Shown here piece after piece: positions 1 through 12,897 of a DNA stretch of 64,000 nt (positions are counted from its first letter, which is position 1; every line of letters begins with the position of its first letter). The DNA comes from Tricharina praecox. Its lineage: Eukaryota. Both the position numbers and the translations under genes were made by a program. The notes beneath the pieces were generated by a model. It worked only from the letters and a program-made list of their open reading frames with translations. It did not search any database and had not been told where the DNA came from. The DNA lies in assembly GCF_024521635.1 (NCBI RefSeq), contig NW_026250407.1:744001-808000 (forward strand). Reading direction: 5' to 3'.

Positions 1-456
1 CTGGGCATGAATCTCAACCTCGAGGTCTCGACGAGTGCGCTACGTGAGTACTTACATATGCTCGGTGTGGGATGAGATGGAGGGAGTTGACAGGTGTGCG
101 ATGGGACAGGGACCATTGATAAGGTGGGAGGTCTGGATAATTACCTTCTCGGCTCGAAAACGGCACGCCTGAAGGAATTGGGACCGAAGGGATGGAAGCT
201 TCGACACCGGGTGTTGAAATCCGCGTGGTACCAGAAGCTGGCGGCAAAGGAGCGGGAGGCTCTGAGTGCTCAGGTTGTGCAGGCCACGGCGGAGGTGGAC
301 CAGCTGGAGGTGGCCGAGGAGGCAGCGGCGGAGGCAGCAGCAGACGCAGCGGTGACACAGGGCGATTCGGCAGCAGCATTAGAGCAGGTCGCCGCGCTTG
401 GGGAGCAGAACACCACACAGATTTCGAAAGACGAGGCGGGGAATGTCAGGCTGTGA
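1..456 (+). CDS. MRPL24: Mitochondrial ribosomal protein bL28m (Mrpl24-like), 5'-truncated by window edge
   Basis: Exons <1-43 and 110-456 (intron 44-109 GTGAGT..CAG) give [46 protein letters not shown], the L28-family 'LRTIDKxGGLDxYLL' signature. Confidence 0.88.
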
Positions 457-1071
457 GGGATAGGTGCTGTTGACTTCCCTGTACTATATTTCGGGCGTTT
501 GTACACAACCACTCTCATGCCGCCAGCACTTCGCTCACTGATCAGTGCGATGATATATCAATCGGGCCACAAGGGAGGATTATGATGTCTGGCGGTGTTA
601 GCCAGTTTCATCGTTGGCATATCCACAAAAACTGTCATCATACAGCACACACGCGCACACATACATAGAACCATCATCCCAATCCCCCGAATAACCAATC
701 CGCCTCTAGGTAGCCAAACACCCACCATAGCGAAACATACAGAGCCCCCAATAATCCTCCCCCACCTACCCCCCACAAAGTAGACACTCCCGGCAAAGCA
801 AGAAAACATATTTCGAGCAATCAATGCATCGTAGAACCAAAACCTGCACCTATGAATCCCGCAAAAATGTTCCCCAGAAGAAAAGAGCCAGAAGAAACCA
901 GAGTGTTGAACAAAAAGAACGCAACCACAAACTGTAAGAACGAAGAGAATGAGAAAACACCCAGGAAGAAAACACCATGCCAGTTATAAACGGGACAAGA
1001 TATCTCCCCCGGGCCACGGAGAGACTGTGAGGTTTCTATCATGTATGCAAACAACGAGATATTTTCTCATA

Positions 1072-3748
1072 TTAGACCGGGAAGCCCACCGACGCCGCAG
1101 CATTGGTCTGAACACCGATGACGCTTCCAGCAGTACCGGGATCAGCGCCATTCGGATATATCTTGACCGGAATGCTAGCATCGAAGCTTTCCACGGGAAT
1201 ACCCTGGCGTGGTTCATACAGTTCTCCACGATCATCCGCATATGTCTGTTCCAACAAGTCATCGACCAAGCCGTCAGACCGGGTCTGCACCCGTGTTGAA
1301 ACGGCAGAGGTGATAAACTCGAATCGTAAAAACCACGAGTTGGATATTCCACTGGTGTGGAATTCGGGAGTGGCCGATACCGGAATGGTAGGTGTGAATA
1401 TGATGCGGTTCGCGAAGAGTGTGGATTCCGAGTGTCGGGCGTAGATTTTCCGGGTTGCGCGGTGTATCGACGATGCGGAACGTAACGCGAAGGACGGATC
1501 TACTTTTTCCGACGACTCGAGACTGGCGTGAATCTACAATTTTGTCGCATTAGTATGTACCGTCGGGAAGTATGATGAGCTGAGTGGGAATCATACATGA
1601 TAGCAGGGAATTTTGGCTCCCGTGAAGTCGATGATCGCCATCAAGCTCTCGCCGAGTTTATATGCAGGTCTAGCGAGAGTGATTGCTGCTACGCGATGGC
1701 CGTTCCTTGCAATTTCAAAGATGCTGCAGGGGCTCGCGCCTTGACCGCCCGTCAAAGCCATCTCTACCGCATCTCTGGGAGTTGACGATACGTCCTCGTA
1801 TACCGACAATCGCTTGTTGGTAGGTGCAAACGAAGGCGACAGGAGGCCGAGCGAGCCGGCGACATTGTAACTAGAGTCCTGGGGAGCAAGCAGGTTGTCG
1901 ACGTACGACAGGAAATCGTCCAGTGAAGACTCTTGTTTCCTGTCCCGCTTGCCGTGTGACACCGATGGTGTGGGTAACCGTGGTTCATCAAGGCATTCAG
2001 ATTTTGCTTCATCCCGCAGCAGTACAACAGGTGACATTAGGTTATGTGTGTCCAAACTTCCGTTGCCTATTGATCATGAGCCTGGCTATCGTGGAGACGT
2101 GGCAGAGGAATCGCAAACCATTGACGTGAGGAAAGACCCGGAAGGGTATTTCTATTATCGTAGGTTGTACGACGCCCTTTCCGGGCCTCTGGGTTCCCAG
2201 GACGAGGTTGTACGTTATCTTGATCGCCTTACCCCTGTGGGTCGGTGGAATGCCCTTTGGTAAAGTGAACTTGAACTTGTACGATCTACTCTCGCCCGGG
2301 GATAACCGTAGATCCACAAAGAGAATCGACTGTGGTGTTGAAAGTATTGGTACCGATCTGGTGCCTTTGGGTTGGTGAGTAACTTGTCCGGGAGGAGTGT
2401 GGCCCGTGGATTCGTCACTTACTGGCGGTATTCTTCATCTCCGCGATACTGCTCATGCCACCGCCTCCGAGCAAGCCACTTAGCCCTCCCCATCCAAGTC
2501 CACTGAGAAATCCGCCATCATTCTTGCTATTCTCTAGCCCCACCACACCGCCGCCGCTCTGCGTACCCAAAACACCCTTCCTCTTGACGTCTTCAAAAAT
2601 GCTCGTTTGTATCAGGGAACCATCTAGTGTGAAAGAACCAATAACATGGGCATATCCCATCATCAAAGATTCCGACACCTTGGGTCCGATCGACAATAAG
2701 CTATGACGTCGGTTGTGAGGTCGCAAGAGTCGCGACTGGCCTTTCGGGTCATATTCGGATAACAGAGTTTCCGTCGTGCTGTTCGACATCGAGTAGAACT
2801 CCCCGCTGGACCGCGGTGTCTCTCCGCATACGCTCTGCGCGGATATTATCCGGGCAGCCTGCAGTTGCTCGTCTTCCAGCGGGCTTTTGAGCTCGATTTG
2901 CGAAGTTTCGCCGCTCAGATGGATCGCGATGAGATCGCCCGTGCCCGGCGACGGTGTAGGAGGGAACTCAAAGGCTCTGTTGACGGACTTTGAGCGCCCG
3001 TGGCTTCCTGGCGAAATCGGTGTCGCGGGGACACTGGGCGCTGACCCTCTAACCGGGAATGAGAATCCTCCCATTGTCGATTGCGCTGTATGATCCGGCG
3101 GGCTCTGTGGAGCTCTCCCGAATAAGGCACCTGTCAATGTCAGCTCAACCCGGCCGCCGAAAAGAAACAACGTACAAGGACTGTACCAGAAGGCGGAATG
3201 GATCCGTTCGTGACGGAGGACTGTCTCCCCGTAGTTATCTGCAGCGATGCAGACCTCCCATGTCCCCTCGGACGTTGCTGAGGTGGCGGCGACCGTAAGA
3301 CTCCATCTCTGGTTCCTGGGCCTCGCCCCCCGCATTCACTCCCCATATCGGAACTGAGCGACACGATGGAAATCGATCGCTGGTGCTTGTGATTCTGGTT
3401 CGCACGGACATTGGGTGTACCTTGCGGTTGGGACGGTAATACTGGCGACTTCGCTGTCGAAACGGTATGTTGGATCGTCGGCTTAGGGTTGGCCGAGGGT
3501 GGACGTGCTGAAGCCGGCCGCGGGCTCGTCCGCTCGGAGCGGGTATGCAGCGGCGGAGCGAGCGGCACCCGTGGCCCTCCGACGGCGTAGCCATTGCTGG
3601 TGGGGGAGCTCAGTTGCGAAGAAGATGGCGGTCCCCTTGTGCTGGGCTTCTGAGCGGTGTTCTTGAAGGTGATCTTGCATTCCAACGTCTCTCCGGCGAA
3701 AACGGCGTTCGACCCTGGGAATGTGACGAAGACTCGTATGTCGCTCAT
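1072..3748 (-). CDS. RGP1: Rgp1 family protein (Ric1-Rgp1 Ypt6/Rab6 GEF subunit)
   Basis: Exons 3748-3187, 3130-2423, 2364-2119, 2066-1597, 1533-1072 join in frame. Motifs VFAGETLECKITFKN, PILSTPQSILFVDLRLSPGESRSY..LPKGIPPTHRGKAIKITYNL and ESFDASIPVKIYP are typical of Rgp1. Confidence 0.9.
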
Positions 3749-6097
3749 TATTGGTGGTTAACTTCGTCTGCCCGTCTCCTTTCCTTTCCTTCCCTTTCCT
3801 CCGTGGGTGGTGTTGTTGTTGACGTCGCCGGTGTTCCCGTGACGATATCTCAGTTGTTGAAGCGCGGAGTAGGAGCTATTGGACGACCCAATGCATAGTT
3901 GTTGAGCCCAGGGAGACGCTCGCGGAGCAGAGATACGCGCGGAGCAGCGCTCGAATAGTGCTTTATCGGAAAGGCGACGTATGGGGGAAGTAGCGACAAA
4001 GGTACGACACACAGTGTCTCTCGGCAGGTGGTGCCTGGGACATGGAGAACGCAGCGCAGATGGATGTAACTTCAGAGCGGTCTGTCCGAATCGGGACGCG
4101 CCAAGCTGAAACGTTGCACACGGCAAGCACGCCTCACGCCCGTGAAGTCCTCCGCAATGGAAGCTGAGCAAGCCGAGCTTCCTCCAACCTATTCGGCCCC
4201 TATGTGCCTCCGCCCATGTGATATGCACACGAGCGTGTTGCTTACTCGTGATGTTGGGATCCGACGACGGGAATCATCGATCTATCCGCGCGCACCTTCC
4301 TTAGTGGAGAATCCCATATCGCATCACCGAAGCTGAGACAAGCTCGGCCGGGAGATCTCTCTCAGAAAAACCCAAAACCATCTAATCCATGACGTGGAGA
4401 TCCGGACGCGACATCGTGAGCGTGGCAGGAGGTTGCAGTTCGGACGGGGTGCAACAAGGTCCTCGGAAGGCCACAGAAGATATCGACATCCGGATGAAAG
4501 CTTGAAGCCCCGTCCTCATGATCATCCTCGTCCACTGAGGATCACAGCTTGGATCACCACTTGCTTTGGCGTTTCCCACGTATTTCCCACGTATTTCGAA
4601 TCACACATCCATAATCGCGATGATTGCCCAGCGCTCGACAGCAATATGTTCCCACTCCTGTTCTTGGCCGCCTGCTTACCTGCGCCACTGCCCATAGTAG
4701 TAGAAAGTTTACTTGGAAGCTGTTGCTCGGCCAGTCCAGCCCGCTTCATGGACCCGTCTATGATCATCCGCTCACGATCAAGGACATTCTAATCTACCCC
4801 GCATCACACAAAAACCTTCAAACAAATCCGCAATGGTCAGTGCCTCCAAGTCCGAATCCACTATTCTACGGTGTTTATTAACTTCCGCAACACATGGACC
4901 TGTGGTAGTGGTGGCGGGGGGTGGGGAGGAAGGGTAAAATCCCTCTCCAGAGGAAATCCCAATCAGGATCGTTGAAATGGCCCCTTCGATTTCAGGCGAA
5001 CGCCTCGTGACCGAAAAGCCGATGAAAGGAGAGAAGAAGAAGAAGGAAAAAAAGTGCGATTCCAGATCATTGGCAGTCACCTCCGATCCCCGCATGTCGA
5101 GGAGGACAAGACAGGACAGGGCGTTCCGAGGGGGAGGGGGTGGGTGGGCACTGGGGAGGGTAGTGGGGAGAGTGAGTGGTGGGCAGCATCCATCATCGGC
5201 TCCCCCACCTGGTGATGGTCAGAGAGGCTCATCCCCTTGAGTGTGGGATGGATACATCATGTATGTAGAGTACACGCTTGGTGGACGAGGCTACATACAT
5301 ACAGCATGCTTGCTTGCTTGCCTGCCTGATGCTTCCTGCGTCCTGCAGGTGGGTGTGTATGTACGATGCATACGATGGGTCCACCAGTGGCGTTTTATGT
5401 AGCCGCTGCCCCACGGGTGGAAACACGAAACAAATGCGGTACCAGAGACTAGAGTATCGAGCGTCTGCAGTGCTGTTTATAGAATAACTCATGCTTATTT
5501 CGAGACAGTGGTAGTCGTTCTCTTTGTTCCATGTTCACGGAATCAGGGTCGGCTGGGTTCTGGAATGGATGACATGTATCATACTCGGCACGCACGTTTG
5601 ATGGACAAGCCGCGGGCCGGATGCCGCACATGCATGCGGCACAGCGATGATCCACGGCCCACGGGATCGTGATTGCTGTTCATCCGGAGTGTCCTACATG
5701 AAGTACGCTAGATATCACGAGAAGGAGGTGGTGGTTGCCGAGCATGCTTCGATGGCCTTCCAAGTTCCCACTGCAACTGCTACCGGTATCCCAACTCTTC
5801 CCCATTCTTCAACGCATCCGAGGCCGGCCCTTGTTGCACCTTCACCTTCCCACCATACCCACCCACCTACAGGTACAGTATCCCTCACCCTTCGTAGGCC
5901 GACTTCGACTCGGACAACCAGCGAACCCCGACGAAAGCGCTCCAACCTCCAACCTCCAACATGAACCAGCCTCCTGACCCATCCTTCATCCTTCATACAA
6001 AACCCTCCACCCTCCACCCCGCTCGCCCCCATCCCCATCCTCATCCCATCCCACCCCGTAGAAACCCCAGCAAATCCTCACCGCCCGAACCCCAGGC

Positions 6098-6694
6098 ATG
6101 CGCGTGCCCCCAGACGACCGGTGTCCCGCCTCGACCCTCGTCGCAACGGGGAGGACATATGTCAGGCCCTCGTAGGCGCTGATAGAGCTTGGCCGCGGGA
6201 TCCTGCCCGGCCGCGGGGGCATCGGTCCGCTTCCACCACCGCTGCCGCAGGTAAAACGGGGTGTGTCGCCGTCGTCGCCTTCGGCCGGGATGGCTAGGGA
6301 TCGTACGGGGAAGAGCCGCCCGCTCCCGTCGCCGCTGTCGCTGAGGCCGGGTATGCAGAAAGCGCCGACGGAGCTTATCGGCTTTCCTAGGGACGTGACG
6401 AGGTGTAGTTCTGCTCAGAGTAGACAGCCGGAGATGTACCGCTACCACATGCTGGCGACGTACCGGCCGTTTCCATCGGTGGTGCCGGTGCCACTGGCTG
6501 CTGCTGCTGCTGCTGCTGTGACGGAGCGAGGGCAAGGGCAAGGGAAAGGGCAAGGGAAAGAGCAAGGGAAAGAGCAAGGCCGGACCCGCGGCTGCTGGTA
6601 TAACTTCCGCGGGTTCTTCGTGAATGGAGAGGAGGCGAAGCTAAAGACTGCTCTGGTGATCTCGCGGCCGACGGGGTTTAGGAAGACTGCGTGA
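6098..6694 (+). CDS. Possible small orphan protein; 5' structure unresolved, in-frame TAG at 6173-6175
   Basis: Stop-free frame 6176-6694 with protein-like text ending KTALVISRPTGFRKTA; upstream in-frame ATG at 6098, internal ATG at 6290. No family recognised. Confidence 0.3.
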
Positions 6695-7074
6695 AGACGG
6701 GTTGGTGTTCACCTGGATGACACCTGGATGGGGACAAACACACGATGTCACTCACTCACTCGTATCACTCCAAAGATTTAAGAACCCTGTCTGCGGCGCC
6801 TACGGTAGGTAGAGCACCTACTCTGTCGGCGCCACAAACTGCACTCCGGGCTCCGGAAGGCGACCGAAGTATTGTACTTGTACATGTGTATGTACGAAGC
6901 CATGGAGCACAAACCGCACTCTGCTGGGGAAGATGGTGGTGGTGGTGGTGGTGATGGTACCAAGAGTAGAGGTAGTGGTGCGTTTCATCGACAGCCCGCA
7001 TAGACTCCAGAGAGTAAGTCCTCTAGAACAGCTTTAGAGTTACATCCTCCACAGGAGATAGGATTTCGGCCGCG

Positions 7075-7143
7075 TCCTCAAACTATCCTCAAGCTATCCT
7101 CAAGCTATCCTCAAGCTATCCTCAAGCTATCTTCAAGCCATCC
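7075..7143. repeat. 11-bp minisatellite (GCTATCCTCAA) x~6
   Basis: Read directly from the sequence. Confidence 0.95.
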
Positions 7144-9567
7144 GTCCATTACGTACTCATTCCCTTCCCTTCGGCCCCCCCTTGGCCCCTCGGCCCCTGA
7201 TGCTATACCTTATATCTAGATTCTATTCGTTCTGGAATCCTCTCTGCGTGGCACTTGCAATGTCGTAACCAAGAGTACGCAGGCCTCCCTCGATATATGT
7301 ATAGACAGACAGACAGAGTTCACTTTCACTTTACTCTAGACGTCTCGCGCTAGGTACATACTGGATATGTATAGATAGGTTACTTGCTCGCTGTCGCGAT
7401 AGCTTGATTCAAATAGATGGGCAGATGGCGGATGAGCGGTAGCTTGTTAACTGTTGGCCGTAGATACCTGGAAGTTTGCTGTCGGGTCTTCCGTCGGGAC
7501 TTGTTGTTGTTGTTGGGGGGGTTTCGGAACACGTGGAATGGGCTTGGAATTGGATGAGTACGGTAACTGTAAGTACTCTACTTTATCCTGTATCCATGCG
7601 GAACCAGAGCCGAACCGACCTCCTACATACCGACCAACAACAGACCTGCCGGCCCAATCGCAATCAGCCGCGCCGCGCCGGCGCGGCCACGGCTGGGCGG
7701 GCTGGGTAGTGGGTAGGCTGGGCGAGCTGGGCTGGGCTGGGGTCACGATCCTTCAAAGTTCAGGCAGATCAGACCTCAGACCTCATACTTAGAGTACCGG
7801 TACTCTACTCTACCCATCTCGCCTCAAGGCTCGATGCAGCAGGTGGCTGTATGGAAGTAGCTACGCGATAGAGGTCGCCGCCCCCCCTCGCCCTCTCGCC
7901 CTCGGTCGGTCCAGTAATGAAGTATGGCGCAGGAAACATAAAGGGAGAAAGGGAGGGAGAAAGAAAGAAAGAACGAAAGAAACCCACGATGCCGGCTGCG
8001 CTCACCAACTGCTTCAAAGTTCACACCCTCATATCCTAGGTACCGTACCTGGTATGTAGAGTACGGTACTCTGCTACATATATCTCCAGCATCCAACCTC
8101 CAGGGTGTATCTATCTATGTGATTTTCTGGTGCAGAGATCCGCGCGCTCCCTCCGGTCCACGGTCTATGTGAGCACGGGTAGGAATCGAATTCGGCTAGA
8201 GAGGTAGATCGTATTTTTCTTGTTTCGCCATCCTGTCCAGACTCCACACTCCATCCAGCCATATGTCTGTCTGTCTGTCTGTCGGCAATCATCCCTGTCG
8301 TCCGCCTCTGCTCTGTTCTGCTACACGCAATCCTGAAGACGAAAGGAAGGAAGGGAAGGGAAGGGAAGGGAAAGGAGGGAAGGAGGGGAGAAGGAAGCAA
8401 AAGATCAGCCGATCGTGATCGTGAGCACTCAACACTGAGGATGGATGGAGTAAGTATTTTGGGGAGGGGGGATGGATCATGGCAGGGACGCCGGGAGGGT
8501 AGGTAGGGTAGGGTGTCGTGTATACATATAGCACGGAGAGTAGGGTACGGCCTCGAGGGTTGACTCTCGACTCGTCTCGAGAGGATGAAAGACGGGCTTG
8601 CATGGTCCTACCTCCTCTGTCTTGTGTGTCCTGTCCTGTCTGTCTTGTGTGTCCTGTCTGTCCTGTCTGTCCTCTCCTGTCTGTCCTGTCCTGTACTCTG
8701 AGTATCTACTGTACCATGCGTGCTCCGCGCAGCGGACGGAGAGAGGGTTACTCTAGGTGCTCCCATCCACATCCACATCCACATCCAGGGAGGCTGCAGA
8801 TGTGTAAGAAAAAAGCAAGCAGCCGACGGAAGGGACAGAACGTGCGTCTCCACCGCAACAACAACAACAACAACAACAACAAGAGCAACAAAAACAACAC
8901 AACACACACCCCATACACCCACCGCACCCACCGCACCCACCGCACCCACCGCACCCATGACATACACATAGGAGGCGGTCCGCAGAAGTGATCTTTATGC
9001 TCGCAGAGGTGGAATCGGGGGGAGGGGGATGCACCATAGGTACGGCTGCAACACTCGATACTTGTGACTTGTGCACGGAACGGCCACGGTTATTACATAC
9101 TCTACAGTCCAACCTATTCCTATGGCGTGGACAGGCGAGGTGCGCACGGGCCAATCGCCAGCGGGCAACCGTCGAAAGCGCAAAAAAAAAAGCACAGCTC
9201 GGTCTCGTCTCGTCGATTCGGGTTCTGCAGTACAGCGAATGATTGGCGGCCGCGCGCGGGTATATCTATGGGTGATTTGCGAAATCGACATTCGCGCCGA
9301 TCGAAGGATGGATGGATGATGTTTATGTTTGGCCGTTACATATAGTACGGTACATACATGAGTCTCTCTCTCCGTACTGTACTCTATATATGTAGAGTAT
9401 GTAGAGTATGTAAGTGAGTATGCCGGCGTGCGTGGGGATGCGACGGCGCGGGCGATATACATATTTGTTTTTCTGGGATTTGCCGGCTGTTGGGCTGATG
9501 TTGATATGCGTCGGAGGTGCATGGAGGCGTTCGGGGGGGCGGTGTGGGTGGGTGGGTGGGTGGGTGC

Positions 9568-9615
9568 GGGTTAGGGTTTCTGCTGCTGCGTTAGGGGTGG
9601 GTGCGGGTTAGGGTT
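9568..9615. promoter_or_regulatory. Cluster of three TTAGGG telobox-like motifs
   Basis: GGGTTAGGGTT at 9568 and 9605, TTAGGG at 9591; function inferred only. Confidence 0.35.
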
Positions 9616-11128
9616 GCTGCAGTTTGGGGGTGGGGGAAAGCGGTGGTGGTGCTGTCCCGAGTTTTTTTTTTTATCGTCGGTGCGGTGGGACAGGGAGGGC
9701 TGCAGCCAGGCAGGTTTGTGAAGTGTGAAGTTCGGCAACGCTAATTGAGAAGGGGTTTAGTCAATGCACCAGCTTCCCTCCCACAGCAATCGTTTTGCGT
9801 GGAGTCGAAACATTCGGCGTTCGACGGCACGGCGACATGTGCGCGCATCGGGAAAGTGTCGGACTAGGGTACCAGACGGAGGCCGGCGGCTCCCAGGCGA
9901 CGCTGCCGAACGGGAAAGGCGACCAGAGGTTTGGTCCAATATTTTCCTCCAACGTGGCCGGTCGATGCGGCTCCACGGACCGGACGGGGCACGGACGTAC
10001 TACCATATACCGAGAACTGCGCGCGCGTCCAGACCCACTACGGTGGAAGATCACCACTCTCATCCGACATGGATGCCCAAAGCTCCACCGACTTCGTCGC
10101 TTAGCGACCGCAAAGCATTGCTCATCCAGCCACGGTCGGCCCATTACAAAAAATAATAGCAGCTGTTCGGCCACATCCGGAGTGGACACGAGAAGAAGGG
10201 TGACATCGCAGCTATGCACTCCAGCCGACTGGCCGCCATCCAATACTGAGAACCAATGCAACCGAAGCACCGCGGGCCATCGGTCTTTGCCGCAAGACGC
10301 ATGGACCAAGTGACTCCTGGCGTTATCTTGTCCGGATCCACCAGTCGCTTTCGGGGATCATCCGGAATCGCGGCTTCTGGGGTGTGCCCTCACGCAGCGG
10401 GATTTTTGGGAAGCGGCGGTAGTTATATACCGGTACATCGGTGAGGACCCGAGAAACCGACAGAGCCACTCAGCGCCTAGTTCATCGACATCGCCATGTC
10501 GCAACCGCTGTGCGCCGGACTTTGGATGTCCACCGCAAGAACTCCCCCCAACCCCTGACTTGAGGCTGGAAGTCACGTGTTAACTATGGGACCAAGACCG
10601 AGACTTTGTCGAAGCGATCTGCGCGGGATCTAAATTTGAGACTCCGCTTGATCGAGCGCGCCGCACACACACGCCCGGGTTGGATTGCGAGAACACAATC
10701 GCTGTGGTTCGTACTCTAGCCACGTTGCGGGATCCCGAATAACCTTCTCGGAGGATGTGGCCATCGCCTCTCTTCACCGCTACGCGGGCTACGCGGGGGG
10801 GGGGGCATGGCTCCACCGTGGGGATTTGTTGTGTTTGAGCACTTGATGAGCAAGCATTCCTGCCTTGTGCCAATTAATCCCCGGAGATTCCGCTAGTCGA
10901 GAAAATCCGAAGCTAACCCCCCTTTACCCTTAGTCCGCCAAGATCATTCGAGCCGCCTCGGCCAGTCCAACTCCGACGGCAGAGGGGAGCGCGAGCGAGC
11001 CACCGCCACAAATCTGGAACATGCATGAGCCCGTCGATTTGCTGGGAATGCGTGATCGAGAAGATGACGATGACACCCCCCTTCCCCCCCGCCCCCCTCC
11101 CAGCGAACGGAACAAGACGAGAGGAAAA

Positions 11129-11193
11129 GGAAGAAGAAGAAGAAGCAGAAGAAGAAGAAGCAGAAGAAGAAGAAGCAGAAGAAGAAGAAGAAG
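11129..11193. repeat. (GAA)n microsatellite with GCA interruptions
   Basis: Read directly from the sequence. Confidence 0.95.
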
Positions 11194-11886
11194 AGAAACG
11201 CGGCAGCAGCGGTGGGGGGATGACCCGGGGAGGGGGACAGTAGCCCGGCAGCGAAGGGACGACGAAACCCTTCCTCCCTCCCTCTCCAGTTTACACGGAT
11301 AGCCTGCCTATCGGGTCTTAATATAACAGAGGGCCAAGGGATGAAGCAGAAGGATGACAAGATGGGGGGGGGGTGCGGCCAACGGGAAGCCAAGCGAATC
11401 GCTCAAGTGCGGAATAGATATGCTGCCTGCCTGCCTGCCTCCGCCTGCCTAGAGATACTTCCCTACATGAACGCCCGGCCTGCCACTAGACAGCATTCAT
11501 GCTAGAGTGCCAACTGCCTGTCATCCATCCATCCATCAATTCTCGGCGCCCATGCCATGCGCCTTGCACCACCACCTCCACCACCACCTCCACCACTACC
11601 ACCACATCCACCTCCACCACCCCCATCGTCATTCCCGTCTATTCGAACCTCTGCACTAAACCACCATCCCCCCCTCCCCCATAAGACCCTGCGGTCAAGC
11701 TGCTGGCTCACCCACCTACTCTATCCGTGCATCCTCTTCCCACGAAACTCTCCCTCTCCCACCCGCTACACACACATCAACACTTCGTGCAATCACCATC
11801 ATTCACCACCATCATCACCACCACCCCCCGCCGCCACCTCCCTTCTGCCCGCCCAAAATAATTCCCCCATACTCTTATCCCCATAT

Positions 11887-11929
11887 CCCACAACCCACAA
11901 CCCACAACCCACAACCCACAACCCACAAC
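11887..11929. repeat. 7-bp tandem repeat (CCCACAA) x6
   Basis: Read directly from the sequence. Confidence 0.95.
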
Positions 11930-12897
11930 TCATACTAAGCACTTACTTAAGTACTGCGTCTCTCGGCGCCCGCTCTGCTCTACCGTAAATTCCACCCCTA
12001 CGCAACTACTGCAACAGCGCACTAGTCAACTGTCCGCTCGTGTAACCCGTTCGCCCTCCCTGCCACTCGCGCACGAGTAGGTAGAGTACCAGACATCCTC
12101 TACTCACACCCCCATACCTACCGCTTTAGATACGCTTTCTCCTCACACACCCCTTCCCCCATCTTTTTCCTTTCCTTTTCCATCTTGCTTCCTTCTCCCA
12201 CCCCCCCTTCGCTTCCTTCTCCCGAATCATCCTCCCACAACCACACCCCTAACAACTTCATCAATCTCCACACTACAACCTCCGCCCAAACTACTACTTC
12301 CTCCCGACTCGATCTTCCCTCCCGAGGAACCCAACCCCCCGTTCCATCGTCCCGTCATCCCTCTCCCGCCCGTCCGTTGTCGTCGCGGTTGTCCGATACT
12401 ATCGCACTTGACGCCCTTCCGCCGCTTATTGGCTCGCCACGCGAAATACTTTGCGTTGCGTGCGGCGAAAGTGTGTTCTTTAGAAACCAGAGCCATCCCG
12501 CCTACTACTCCAACTTTCCGTCCGATCCGAGTTTACACTTCGCCATCACGTTGCTTTGCCTCGACTGGGCGCTTGTCATTCGAAACCTAAGCTTCTTTGC
12601 CGAGAAGGTTACAGAAAAAAAGTCTAGCAGATCAATTCAAACAATCATACCCGATCACGCGAAAAGCGAAAGCGATTCAGTGTTCTCCGCTGGCTTTTAG
12701 CGGCTGTCTAGGCGATCCAGTTTGTGCGCAGGGTCCGGTCTAAAAAGCTTCGACATCAGAGCCCACAGCCACGCGACAACCCGGGTCCGTCCTTCTTGTG
12801 AAGGTTACATTGGTGCAAACTTGATTCCCACACGCCCATCGACCCCCGTAATAGGAGTTGAAGGCGTCTTTGAATCATCGAGCGCGTGCGTGCCCGC

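Noticed and set aside
8608..9154. Cys-rich metallothionein-like and other repetitive ORFs
   Set aside because: Translations of (AAC)n and 9-bp repeats, open in several frames
9568..9615. Telomerase RNA template (AACCCUAACCC on the minus strand)
   Set aside because: The motif is duplicated, downstream DNA is mostly microsatellite, and I could not see a pseudoknot or P6/P6.1-like element
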